Program-made: the position numbers and the translations under genes
Part shown: positions 32,668-42,735 of the stretch, piece by piece
Layout of the letters: each line of letters starts with the position of its first letter
Numbering within the stretch: the first letter of the stretch is position 1
Assembly (NCBI GenBank): GCA_047459655.1
Contig: JAJREF010000005.1
Location: forward strand, 160,001 to 224,000
Length of the DNA stretch: 64,000 nt
DNA from: Rhabdochlamydiaceae bacterium
Lineage (GTDB): Bacteria > Chlamydiota > Chlamydiia > Chlamydiales > Rhabdochlamydiaceae
Direction of reading: 5' to 3'
The notes under the pieces: model-generated
The model's database searches: none
What the model saw: the letters and a program-made list of their open reading frames with translations, nothing else
Told to the model about the DNA's origin: nothing

Positions 32668-33252
32668 TTAATTCCTCAGTAGATAGACGATAGAAAAGAT
32701 AAAAATCCACACGACATTTAAAAACTGCCAGAACATAGTCAAGCAAGAGAGCCTTCTAACGCTGACAGGTGTCAGTTCATTTTTGCAGACAGGTATCAAT
32801 AGAAGGAGGCTCCAAAGGAGAGCGCAAATAATGTGGAGAGAGTGCGTTCCAATGAGTGTAAAAAAAGCAGAAAGAAAAGCGCTTTTCTTCCAGCTATTTC
32901 CTTGTGATACTAGATCGTTCCATTCTGTGTAGCCCATTGTCATAAAAGCAGCACCTAGAAGAAAGGTAAGGCTATAAAAGATAAGCGTGGCTTTTTTCAT
33001 GCCGCGGTGGGTAAAAACCTTTCCAAGGCCACTTGTAAAGCTGGCTGTGAGTAAAATGAGTGTTTGAATAAGGGCGTAAGAAGGGTTAAACAGGTCGGCA
33101 GCTGAAGGGCCTCCGTAGGTTGCTTTACGTAGAACAGCATATGTCGCAAAAAGGGCTCCGAATAGAACAAGGTCGCTGAGAAGATAGACCCAAAAACCAA
33201 AGAGAGTTTTAGAATAATTTTCTTCCTGTTCGTGAGAAGCTGTTGCCATCAT
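32668..33252 (-). CDS. cyoC: cytochrome bo3 ubiquinol oxidase subunit III
   Basis: FGFWVYLLSD and SAFFTLIGTHSLH motifs. Confidence 0.94.
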   Translation of the reverse strand: MMATASHEQEENYSKTLFGFWVYLLSDLVLFGALFATYAVLRKATYGGPSAADLFNPSYALIQTLILLTASFTSGLGKVFTHRGMKKATLIFYSLTFLLGAAFMTMGYTEWNDLVSQGNSWKKSAFLSAFFTLIGTHSLHIICALLWSLLLLIPVCKNELTPVSVRRLSCLTMFWQFLNVVWIFIFSIVYLLRN

Positions 33253-35203
33253 ACCCTTCTTTTCATTTCGATGTTTTTAATTTCTTCTACCGACACATAG
33301 TAGTCAGTGTTGTTTTCATAAAGGCGGAGAATGATACAGGCGAGGATGCCAACACCTGAGATAATAGCTAGCCAAAACATATACCAAATCATTCCAAACC
33401 CAAATAGAAAGCTAAAAGCTCCAATGTAGAAACCATAGGGGGTATTCCGGGGCATATGGATTTTTTTATAAGAGGGGGATGGGTTTTTTATGGCACGGGA
33501 TTCTTTCATGACCCAGAAAGCATCCTTTTCATGGACTTCAGGAGTAATAGCAAAATTATAGAAAGGGGGAGGTGATGTTGTGCTCCATTCCAGCGTCCGT
33601 CCATTCCAAGGATCCCCTGTTGCATCTCTATTTTTGTTGCGCTCTTTAATGCTCGCAATGAGTTGTAGGACCTGAAGGCATAAGCCCGCACCAATGATGA
33701 GCGCGCCCAAGCATGCAATGATAAAAAGAGGTTGCCAGCTGGGCACGTCGTAATGGTTAAGTCGCCTTGTAGCGCCCATCAGTCCAAGAATATAAGAGGG
33801 GCATAAATGCAACAAAAAATCCAATCATCCAACACCAAAAGGCTTGTTTACCTAAACGCTCGTTGAGTTTGAATCCTGTAAATTTTGGGAACCAGTAGGC
33901 ATAGCCTGCAAAGAAGCCAAACAAGACGCCGCCGATGATGGTGGAGTGGAAATGTGCAATGAGAAATAGGCTGTTGTGCACTTGAAAGTCAACACCTGGA
34001 ATTGACATCAAGACGCCTGTCATGCCACCTGTCACAAAAATCACAATGAATCCTAAAAACCAAAGTAGGGGTGTTGTAAAAAGGACTTTTCCTTTGAACA
34101 TCGTAAATATCCAGTTGAATACTTTTACGCCAGTGGGGATAGCAATGATCATTGTCATGATCCCAAAAAGGCATTCACATTTGCACTAGCGCCCATGGTG
34201 AAGAAGTGATGTAACCATACGATGAAAGAGAGAACGGTAATGCCGACAATTGCCCATACCATTGTTGTATAACCAAATAACTTTTTCTGCGAAAAAACAG
34301 ATACTACTTTCTGAAAAAATACCGAAAGCTGGAAGGATTAATATATAGACTTCTGGATGTCCCCACGCCCAGATCAAGTTAATATACATCATCGGATTGC
34401 CGCCAAAATCAACCGTAAAAAGGCGTGTATCAAAGAGACGATCGGTTGTTAGCATGGCAAGCGTTGCTGTTAAAATTGGAAAAGCAAAAATTACAAGGGC
34501 TGTGGTTGCAAGAGTTGACCATACGAAGATAGGCATTTTCATGAGGGTCATTCCAGGGCAGCGCATTTTAAGGATGGTCACAAAAAAATTAACCCCTGAT
34601 AGCAAGCTACCAACACCTGAGACTTGTAAACTCCATAACCAATAATCGACGCCGACTCCTGGGTTGTACTTCAACCCTGCAAGAGGGGGATATGCAGTCC
34701 ATCCCGTTCCTGCAAAAACACCTACGACTAAAGAGACAAGGATATAGAGCGATCCTGCGGAAAAAAGCCAAAAACTTAGAGAATTTAAGAAAGGAAAAGC
34801 AACATCTCTTGCTCCGATCTGAAGAGGAAGGACGAGGTTGATGAGTCCGAAGATCACGCCCATCCCGACAAAAAATATCATTGTGACGCCATGGGCTGTA
34901 AAAAGCTGCTGAAATGGGGGCTTCCAGATAGCCCATAGAGTCTCCATACGCCATTGCTTGCTGAACGCGCATCATCACGGCGTCAAATAGCCCTTTAAAG
35001 AGCATAATCGCTGAGACAACAAGGTACATAACTCCAATTTTTTTATGGTCAACAGTCGTGATCCATTCTGTCCACAGCCATGTCCATTTTTTGTAATACG
35101 TGAGCAGTGCGAATATCCCAATTGCTGAAAAAAGCATGGAGACACCTGCTCCATACTCAATCAGGTCGTGTTTAAAGGCATCTATTGTGAGTCTTCCTAA
35201 CAT
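33249..35203 (-). CDS. cyoB: cytochrome bo3 ubiquinol oxidase subunit I, three frameshifts
   Basis: [29 protein letters not shown] and [10 protein letters not shown] motifs. Confidence 0.95.
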
Positions 35204-35227
35204 GTTACTCCATGGACATTATACCAT

Positions 35228-35393
35228 TAGACATCTTGCGTATTAAGGGTTCGTCGATTTTGTGGATTATTTTGGCCGATTCTCATTCCAATGGCAAGGG
35301 CAATATATACTCTATATTACCCTTGCCATTGGAATGGAGAATCGGCCAAAATAATCCACAAAATCGACGAACCCTTAATACGCAAGATGTCTA
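35228..35393. repeat. 166-bp near-perfect palindromic element
   Basis: 57-bp perfect outer arms (TAGACATCTTGCG..), one bulge, a further 16-bp perfect stem and a small loop. Confidence 0.95.
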
Positions 35394-35395
35394 TT

Positions 35396-35539
35396 TATTA
35401 AAAATACCCCGCATTTGAGCGCGTCAAAGCACCGCAATTCAGCGATCGCAAGTTGGGTTGTATTTGCCTAATACTACCCAACTTGCGATCGTTGAATTGA
35501 GCAGCTTTCGCGCAGCTGAAATGCGGGGTATTTTTAATA
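35396..35539. repeat. 144-bp palindromic element overlapping the cyoA 3' end
   Basis: 21-bp perfect termini TATTAAAAATACCCCGCATTT and an inner stem of about 30 bp around GGGTTGTATT..AATACTACCC. Confidence 0.9.
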
Positions 35540-36393
35540 CATGGCATTAGGTATTGCATAATGATATCGTCAAAGAGGCTATCTTTTGTCAGTTGATAAA
35601 AAAGAGGATTAGGGTTTTGGCCTGGCCGGACTAACTCACTATACGTTTCCCAATTTAAACTTTTATCTGATGAGCGCACAGATGAGACCCAGCTATTAAA
35701 TTCCTCTTCAGATGAGGCTTTGGCTGTAAACACCATGCCTGCAAATCCATCTCCACTGATATTAGCAGACGATCCTCTAAATGTTCCTGGTTCATTGGCA
35801 ATGAGATGAAGCTGCGTTTTCATCGCTGGCATTGCATAAATCTGGCCGCCTAATTGTGGAATCCAAAATGAATTCATGGGTGCATCAGCGGTAATTTCAA
35901 AACTAATCGGGACATTTTCTGGGAATTGGACAAAATTGATCGTTGCGATTTTTTGTTCTGGGTAGATAAAAAGCCATTTCCACTGCAGAGCCACCACTTG
36001 AATTGTCATTGGTTTTTTTTCTGTAACAATGGGCTTGTAGGGACTTAAATCATGACTAGATGACCAGGTTATCAAGGCTAAAAACAGGACGATTACACAA
36101 GGAATGCCCCACCAAAAACATTCTGCAACATGACTTGTATCCCAGTTTGGTTTGTATTCGGCTTTCTTATTCTGATGGCGATATTTCCAGGAAAAAACAG
36201 CTGTCATGATGAAAACAGGAACGACTACAATGAGCATGAGCCATGTTGCTGTAACCATCAAGTTGCGTTGTTTTAAGGCGATGATCCCCTTCGGATTTAA
36301 TACAGCGATATCTTGGCTATAAAAAAACCAAACGGTTAGTGCGCTCAATCCACACAAAAGAAAAGCAATGATTACAATCTTTAAATTTTTCAT
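35398..36393 (-). CDS. cyoA: cytochrome bo3 ubiquinol oxidase subunit II; last about 46 aa derive from a palindromic element
   Basis: LNPKG, VVALQWKWLFIYP and MNSFWIPQLGGQIYAM motifs. Confidence 0.95.
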   Translation of the reverse strand: MKNLKIVIIAFLLCGLSALTVWFFYSQDIAVLNPKGIIALKQRNLMVTATWLMLIVVVPVFIMTAVFSWKYRHQNKKAEYKPNWDTSHVAECFWWGIPCVIVLFLALITWSSSHDLSPYKPIVTEKKPMTIQVVALQWKWLFIYPEQKIATINFVQFPENVPISFEITADAPMNSFWIPQLGGQIYAMPAMKTQLHLIANEPGTFRGSSANISGDGFAGMVFTAKASSEEEFNSWVSSVRSSDKSLNWETYSELVRPGQNPNPLFYQLTKDSLFDDIIMQYLMPCIKNTPHFSCAKAAQFNDRKLGSIRQIQPNLRSLNCGALTRSNAGYF

Positions 36394-36956
36394 TTAGCAC
36401 GCAATTAGATACTAGATAGCAGGAATATTTTCAGTTGTCTAGCGAATAAAATCAGCGTGGGAAAGACGTCTACCATTGAGAGCATTCCAGTGGCTGATAT
36501 GAGTTGAGTCATCGGGGTTTTGTACAACGATGCTGTGCACAGGGAGGTAGACATATGTGATTTTGCGTATGGCAAAATCTTGGCCAAAGGCAGCTTTTGC
36601 TATTTTTTCGATTTGCGCTGAACTAAACTGTCTAGGAAGGCGGATTGCTTTTTTATATGGCTTGGTCACGAGCCACTCATCAATGCGGGTTTCAGGAATG
36701 GTCCGTAAGCGGGGTGCATTTAGATGCAATCGGTAATCATTGCCTGATTGAACGATCAGTTTTTTCTTTTGGCAGCTTTGGATCCAGCTGTCTAAAATTT
36801 CTTGGTCGATGTTGAGGGATTTAGAAAGGCCATCTCGATCAAGAGACCCCCTTTTTTGGCTAAAAGGCTTAAAATTTTAAACTCTTGCACATTTGTATCT
36901 GCATAAATGCAATCCCCAAAACCGTGTGTTTTATCCCACTCTTTTGTGTTGATGAC

Positions 36957-38441
36957 CTTGTCACTACCCACAAATACCAAGAAAAAAATTTAATAAAAAT
37001 GACAAGTAAATAGTTTATTATATACATCGAATATTGTATAATTTTTCTCCTAAACAATAGGAGATCAATATGTTAAATCATCAAAACTGGGTTTTAAAAC
37101 AATGGCCTTCATATCTGTTTTTTGATCAAAGGCATCAAAAAGAGTGCTCAACATCGCGTTAGCGATGTTGAGACTTCCTTCAGCTTCTATTCCGAAGCGA
37201 TTTGAGGTTCAAAAAGAAATCAAAGGTTGTTATCGTTTTCTCAATAACAAGGCAGTCAATCATCAAATGTTACAAGGCGAACACTACAAAAATGTCCTTG
37301 CAGAAGCAGCTTCAGCACCGGGAAGAGTTCTTTTTATCCAGGATGGAAGTGAGCTAATTTATAATAATCTCAAGTGGACAGAGCTAGGACCTACCGCTGA
37401 TGCAAACGGTAATGGGATTATGTTCCATACCTGCCTTGCTGTTAAAATTGTTGACAATCAACCTCAAGTCATTGGACTTACCGGGCAAAAAGCTTGGATT
37501 AGAAGGCACAAAAAAGAAAAAGCCAATCGTAAGGCGCAAGAAGCACGTGAATCTAAAGTATGGAAAGAAATGATAGACCTCATAGGCTCCGTGCCTATGA
37601 ATTGCAAATGGACAACTGTGGGAGATCGGGGAGCTGATATTTTCTCATTTGTGGAATCACTTCCTCCTGGATGGGACTTTGTTGTTCGCTCAAAACATGA
37701 CCGTAAAATTTTAGTCAATGATGAGGAACAGAACTTGAGGAAATATATTCGAGGGCTCCCTTCCATGGGCACAACAATTCATTCTCTACGAGCAAGAAAA
37801 GGCCCTTCTCGAGAAGTCACGCTGCAGATCAGCTGGCATGAGGTTGATGTGCTGCCTCCGGCAGCAGAAAAAACAAAAAGCCTATTAGAGGCTGTTATGT
37901 GCGTGCTTGGTCTGAAGAAGATCCAGATCTGGAGTGGATTTTATTTACTCGCCCCACGATAACTTCCTTCGAAGAAGCCTTAGAAATCGTGACGATATAT
38001 AAATATCGATGGCTAATCGAAGAATATCACAAATGTTTAAAAACCGGATGCAAGATTGAAGAGGCTCAACTCAAAACCTCAGATCGCATACTGACGCTTT
38101 TTGGCTTGCTAGGTGTTATTGCTACGCAGCTCCTGCAGCTCAAAACCCTTTCACGAATGAACCCCGATGATCTAGCTGATAAATATGTAGACAAAGACTC
38201 AATCCTTGTTTTACAGAGTATTTACAACTTGAAGATGCCCTGGACCGTAAAAGAATACTGGAGAAGAGTTGGGATGCTTGTTGGTTTTATGGGAAGAAAA
38301 TCAGATGGAGGTCCTGGGTGGCAAAAAATCTGGGAAGGCTGGGTTAAGCTGCGAGATCTATGTCGAGGAGTTGAGATCGGAAGGAAGTTAGGTGCAGTAT
38401 GTGTTTAAAAAATTTGCTTGGAAGTTGTGGGTAACGACAAG
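36957..38441 (+). mobile_element. IS4-family (IS50/Tn5-like) insertion sequence, 1485 bp
   Basis: terminal IRs CTTGTCACTACCCACAA / TTGTGGGTAACGACAAG; 9-bp direct repeat GTTGATGAC at 36948-36956 and 38442-38450. Confidence 0.93.
37070..38408 (+). CDS. IS4-family DDE transposase, frameshifted
   Basis: IQDGSEL, VGDRGADI, YKYRWLIEEYHKCLKTG (YREK motif) and PGWQKIWEGW. Confidence 0.92.
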
Positions 38442-38781
38442 GTTGATGACCATTTCTCCATCTGTTAAATCCATAGAACAACACTTTCATGGGTTTTGTT
38501 GTCGTTCAAAGTGTACTTCACTTCCATCATGAGGTAGGGGTAGAACTCTAGAAGAGGATCTAAGTAGCGGTGTCTATTATCCTTTAGGAGTTCTTTTCGA
38601 TGTTTTTCCATGATCTGGCTAGAAGTATAGCGGATTTCTAGCGTATGGAAGTGTCCTACATCGAGCACTTCTTCGACTTTTGTTTTTATATCAGGATGAT
38701 TACCTGCAATCCAAAAAAGCCCATATCCTGCAACAAAAAGAGAAAACAAACTTACAAGCAACCGCATATAAAAAACCTTTT

Positions 38782-38826
38782 GAGGCAGTTGCAAAACTCA
38801 GGTTCAGTCGAATTTTGCAACTGCCT
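38782..38826. repeat. short palindromic element (GAGGCAGTTGCAAAACTC family)
   Basis: AGGCAGTTGCAAAACTC / GAATTTTGCAACTGCCT arms. Confidence 0.85.
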
Positions 38827-38835
38827 TTTTTATTT

Positions 38836-38994
38836 ACTCACCTTACGCAAAAAGGATGGCTCATGGACTGTTTGAAAGCTGTTGATAAATCGAATTGCAG
38901 AAAATGGGTAGTATTGAATGAAATACAACCCAATTTCTGCAATTCGATTTTCAACGCTTTGAAACAGTCCATGAGCCATCTTTGCGTGATGAGT
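38836..38994. repeat. about 159-bp imperfect palindromic element
   Basis: GATGGCTCATGGACTGTTT/AAACAGTCCATGAGCCATC and AAATCGAATTGCAGAAA/TTTCTGCAATTCGATTT stems; centre TGGGTAGTATT..AATACAACCCAA shared with 35396-35539. Confidence 0.9.
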
Positions 38995-39094
38995 TATTTA
39001 GCGTATAGCATGGAAGTCATTTTCTAAAAAATGGTATTATTACTTGGCTCCAATGATGTGGAGTTTTAGGTCCAAGAGGCCTAATAGATGCGGT

Positions 39095-40700
39095 CTACCG
39101 GCTTTCCAGCCGAAGGTGGGAATAATCGAAGACACCGTTGGGAGAGGTTTCATAACCGGCAACGTAGGGTTGGGTCATGAAGGCAGATGACCAATGGTAA
39201 AGTGGCACAAGGGGCACTTCGTTCCAAAAACAAACCTTCCGCAAGTTCAAGTGTTTTTGCTCTTTCTTCAGGAGTGGGATCGAGCATGCTTTTTTCTAGC
39301 AACTGACTGAAATTAGGGTTTTCCCAGCCGGGATAATTTTTGGTGTTAGAGAGATATTTAAAGCGCTCTAGAATATTCATTGGATCTCGGTACTGCGCTA
39401 CCCAAAAAGATTGAGCTATTTCATACGTGCGAGAGCTGAGCTTATTTACATGTGTTTTGTAATCTGATGGATCAAGGGTGACCTTGATGCCTAGGTTACT
39501 GGTCAACTGATGTTGAACGGCCTGTGCAATAGCGTGATGATTTCCACTAGGGTTGTAGCTATAGAAATAGGGGGAATTCTTCTAGAGAAATTCCTAATTC
39601 TTTTAGTCCTATTTTTAAATGTTGTTTAGCTAGAAGGGGATTAAATTTATCTAAAAAAGATAGAGAAGGACCATTTTTTAATCCAAGCGGGATGATTCCA
39701 TTGGCTAGCTCTCCTTCAGGACCTGCAATGTTTTCTGTGATTTCTTTTCGGTCGAGTGCCAAGGCAAAAGCTTTTCGAATATGCAGGTTATTAAAGGGGA
39801 AACGGTTGATATTGAAGCAAACAATGGTTGTTCCTGGAAAACGATTGATGTTGAGAAGGCCTTTTTTTGCAAATTTTGCAATAGCATCAGAAGGAATAGG
39901 GGAAATCCCAAGACCTATGATGTCAAGAGCCCCCTTATTAAACATTTGAAGAGCTGTATTCTCATCGGCAATCATGCTTACGTGGATTTTCTCTAACTGT
40001 ATGCCTTTGGCATTCCAATAGAGGGGTTTTTCTGCAACATCAATTCATTATGATGTTTCCATGCTCCTAAAGAGAAAGGGCCATTGCAGACAAAAGAAGG
40101 GCTTGCTTCAAGAGCCCAATTATGGATATTGGTATCGACATGGTGAGATACGGGGAAAAAGGCGCAAAAAGAAACAAGATTCAAAAAGTAGGGTGTTGGT
40201 CGCTCTAAGGTGACCACCAAAGTTTTACTATTGGGCGCAAAAATCCCTACCTCTTCTGCAGAGACTTCCCCTTTTTCATCAATTCTGCATTTTTGATCGC
40301 ATAAAAAAGATGGGCATTGGGAGCCTGAAAGTTAGGGAGAGAACTTTTTCCAGCTCATTTCAAAATCTTGGGCGGTAACGGCCTCACCATTTGACCAGGT
40401 TGTATCGCGTAAGTGAAACGTATAAACAAGGCGGTCGTTAGAGATGGTAACAGACTCAGCCTGTGCAGGAGACAAAGAGCCATCCGGGTGGAAGCGCATT
40501 AACCCTTCGAATAAATTGAAATGCATAACAGCAGAAATCCAATCACTTCCTTTCCGAGGGTCCATGGTAGTCGGTTCTTGATGGACATTCATGCGCAATA
40601 TTCTCTGTTGCACAGAAGATGGGATTTTCTTATGGCAGGAAGAAAGAAAAAACATGCAGAATAAGCATAATCTGAAATACACTTTAATTTTTTTTAGCAT
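39095..40700 (-). CDS. oppA: oligopeptide ABC transporter substrate-binding lipoprotein, multiple frameshifts
   Basis: LSSC lipobox; EPTTMDP, LFEGL, YTFHLR..WSNGEAVTAQDF and NGPF motifs. Confidence 0.88.
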
Positions 40701-40761
40701 GCGTTCACCATAGAAGCAGAAAATACCTGGGAGGCATTCTACTGCTTCGGTGATATATTTA

Positions 40762-42126
40762 CTATTCTTTCATGCTTAACAGAAACTCAATATTGTTATT
40801 GCTCTTTCTTAATCTTCCTGAAAGCAGGTTCATGGCATCTATAGGAGAAAGATCTGCCAAAGCTTGTCTTAAGAGATAGATCTTCTCTAGTTCTTCAGGA
40901 TGGTAGAGAAGTTCTTCTTTACGCGTTCCGCTCTTCACAAGATCTACAGCTGGCCACATACGTCTGTCTGCTAACTTCCGGTCGAGCACGAGTTCCATGT
41001 TGCCAGTTCCTTTGAACTCTTCAAAGATAACCTCATCCATGCGAGAGCCTGTATCAATAAGAGCTGTTGCAATGATCGTCAGCGAGCCTCCTTCTTCGAC
41101 GTTTCTAGCAGCCCCAAAGAACCTTTTTGGTTTATGGAGAGCATTTGCGTCTACACCACCACTCAAAATTTTGCCAGAGTGTGGTTGGACTGTGTTGTAA
41201 GCCCTTGCTAGCCTTGTTAAAGAATCAAGAAGGATGACTACGTCGTGGCGATATTCGACAAGGCGTCTTGCTTTTTCGATCACCATTTCTGCAATTTGTA
41301 CGTGTCTTTCGGGTGGTTCATCAAACGTTGAAGAGATGACTTCCCCTTTGACACTTCTGATCATGTCCGTGACTTCTTCTGGACGTTCGTCAATCAAAAG
41401 AACAATGAGCGTGATTTCTGGGTTATTAGTGGTCAGAGCATTGGCAATATTTTGAAGGATAACCGTTTTTCCTGTGCGTGGAGGAGCAACGAATTAGTCC
41501 ACGTTGTCCTTTCCCGATAGGAGCTGCAAGGTCAAGTACGCGCGTGAGAAGTTTGTCTTTTGCTGTCTCCATGACAAAGCGGACGTTGGGATGGAGGGGT
41601 GTCAAGTTTTCAAACAAGATGCGCTCTTTAGCGGCCTCAGGAGGCTCATTATTGATCTTGTCTACTTTCAGAAGAGCAAAATATTTTTCCTTGTCTTTGG
41701 GGGATCTGAGTGTTCCATACACAGTATCTCCTTTTTCAAGTCAAATCTACGGATTTGTGCAGGAGAAACATAGATGTCTTCTGCAGAAGGCATGTAGTTA
41801 TAATTGGGAAATCTTAAAAACCCAAAGCCATCGGGAAGAACTTCTAAAACACCTTCTCCGACGAGAATTTCATTCGGTCTTTCAGATTTGGCCTTAGCAA
41901 TTTCAAAAACCATTTGAGATTTAGTGAGCGCGCCTAGATGGCGTAATCCTATGTTGCGGGCGTAATCGTTTAGATCGTCAATGTCCATCCGCTGAAGATC
42001 GGAAATTTTAGTGATCTCTTCTTGGCCTGTAGGAGCTTGTATCGGAGGGGGAGGGATAAAATTGCTCTTTTTTTCAGGTTCAGGGGAGGGTTCAGAAACG
42101 GAATTCGGTTGGTCTTCTGGTTTCAT
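40762..42126 (-). CDS. rho: transcription termination factor, two frameshifts
   Basis: [24 protein letters not shown] and [12 protein letters not shown] motifs. Confidence 0.97.
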
Positions 42127-42735
42127 TCGGAAAAATACTCCTTTAATTGCTGGACAATGCTAACAACATTTTGTTTCAAAGTTGCAAGATCTCCGTTGTT
42201 GAAGATGATAAAATCTGCTTTTTTTGTTTTTCTAAAGGTTGCTCTTGGTGTTTCATTCTTGCTTCAAAATTTTCCTGAGATAGGCCTGTCGTGTGTGTAT
42301 ATCGGGAAAGCGCCACACTGGGATCTGCACTAACAACAATAATTGCATCAAATAATTTTTCCATTCGTGCTTCATAAAGGAGAGGGACCTCTGCTACAAA
42401 AAAATATAGGAAGAATTGTTCTTTACCTGCTCGTAATGCTTGACAATTTCTTTTTTAACCGCGGGATGTAAAACGGCTTCTAACGCTTTCAACTTAACTC
42501 GATCGGAAAATATAAGTTTGGCGATTTTTTGCGATCGATCCGACCGTCAGTGCAAATATGTGGTCCTAACAACTGAACTACTTGCTTGCTTATGTTGGGA
42601 TCGCTATACAACAACTGATGAACAATTGTATCAGCGCTTACAACGTAAGCTCCACTGTCCTTTAAAAGGAGACACACCGTTGACTTTCCTGAGGGAAAGT
42701 CCACCCGTTATGGCGACTTTTCTCAAAGTTAACAC
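42123..42735 (-). CDS. coaE: dephospho-CoA kinase, frameshifted
   Basis: KVAITGG..GKSTV, SADTIVH and EVPLLYE motifs across frames. Confidence 0.88.

Larger units (their letters stand above)
36439..38767 (-). pseudogene. hypothetical membrane-anchored protein gene interrupted by an IS4 element
   Basis: removing 36957-38450 restores DLTDGEMVIN|TKEWDKTHG in frame. Confidence 0.8.

Noticed and set aside
35212..35418. 68-aa plus-strand ORF
   Set aside because: It lies almost entirely within the 166-bp palindrome, antisense to the cyo operon, and has no protein features.
35228..35539. CRISPR array or integron attC interpretation of the palindromes
   Set aside because: There are no regularly spaced direct repeats with spacers, no cas or integrase gene, and no cassette array structure.
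38645..39027. plus-strand ORFs 38645-38875 and 38680-39027
   Set aside because: They are shadow frames across an antisense gene and two palindromic elements.
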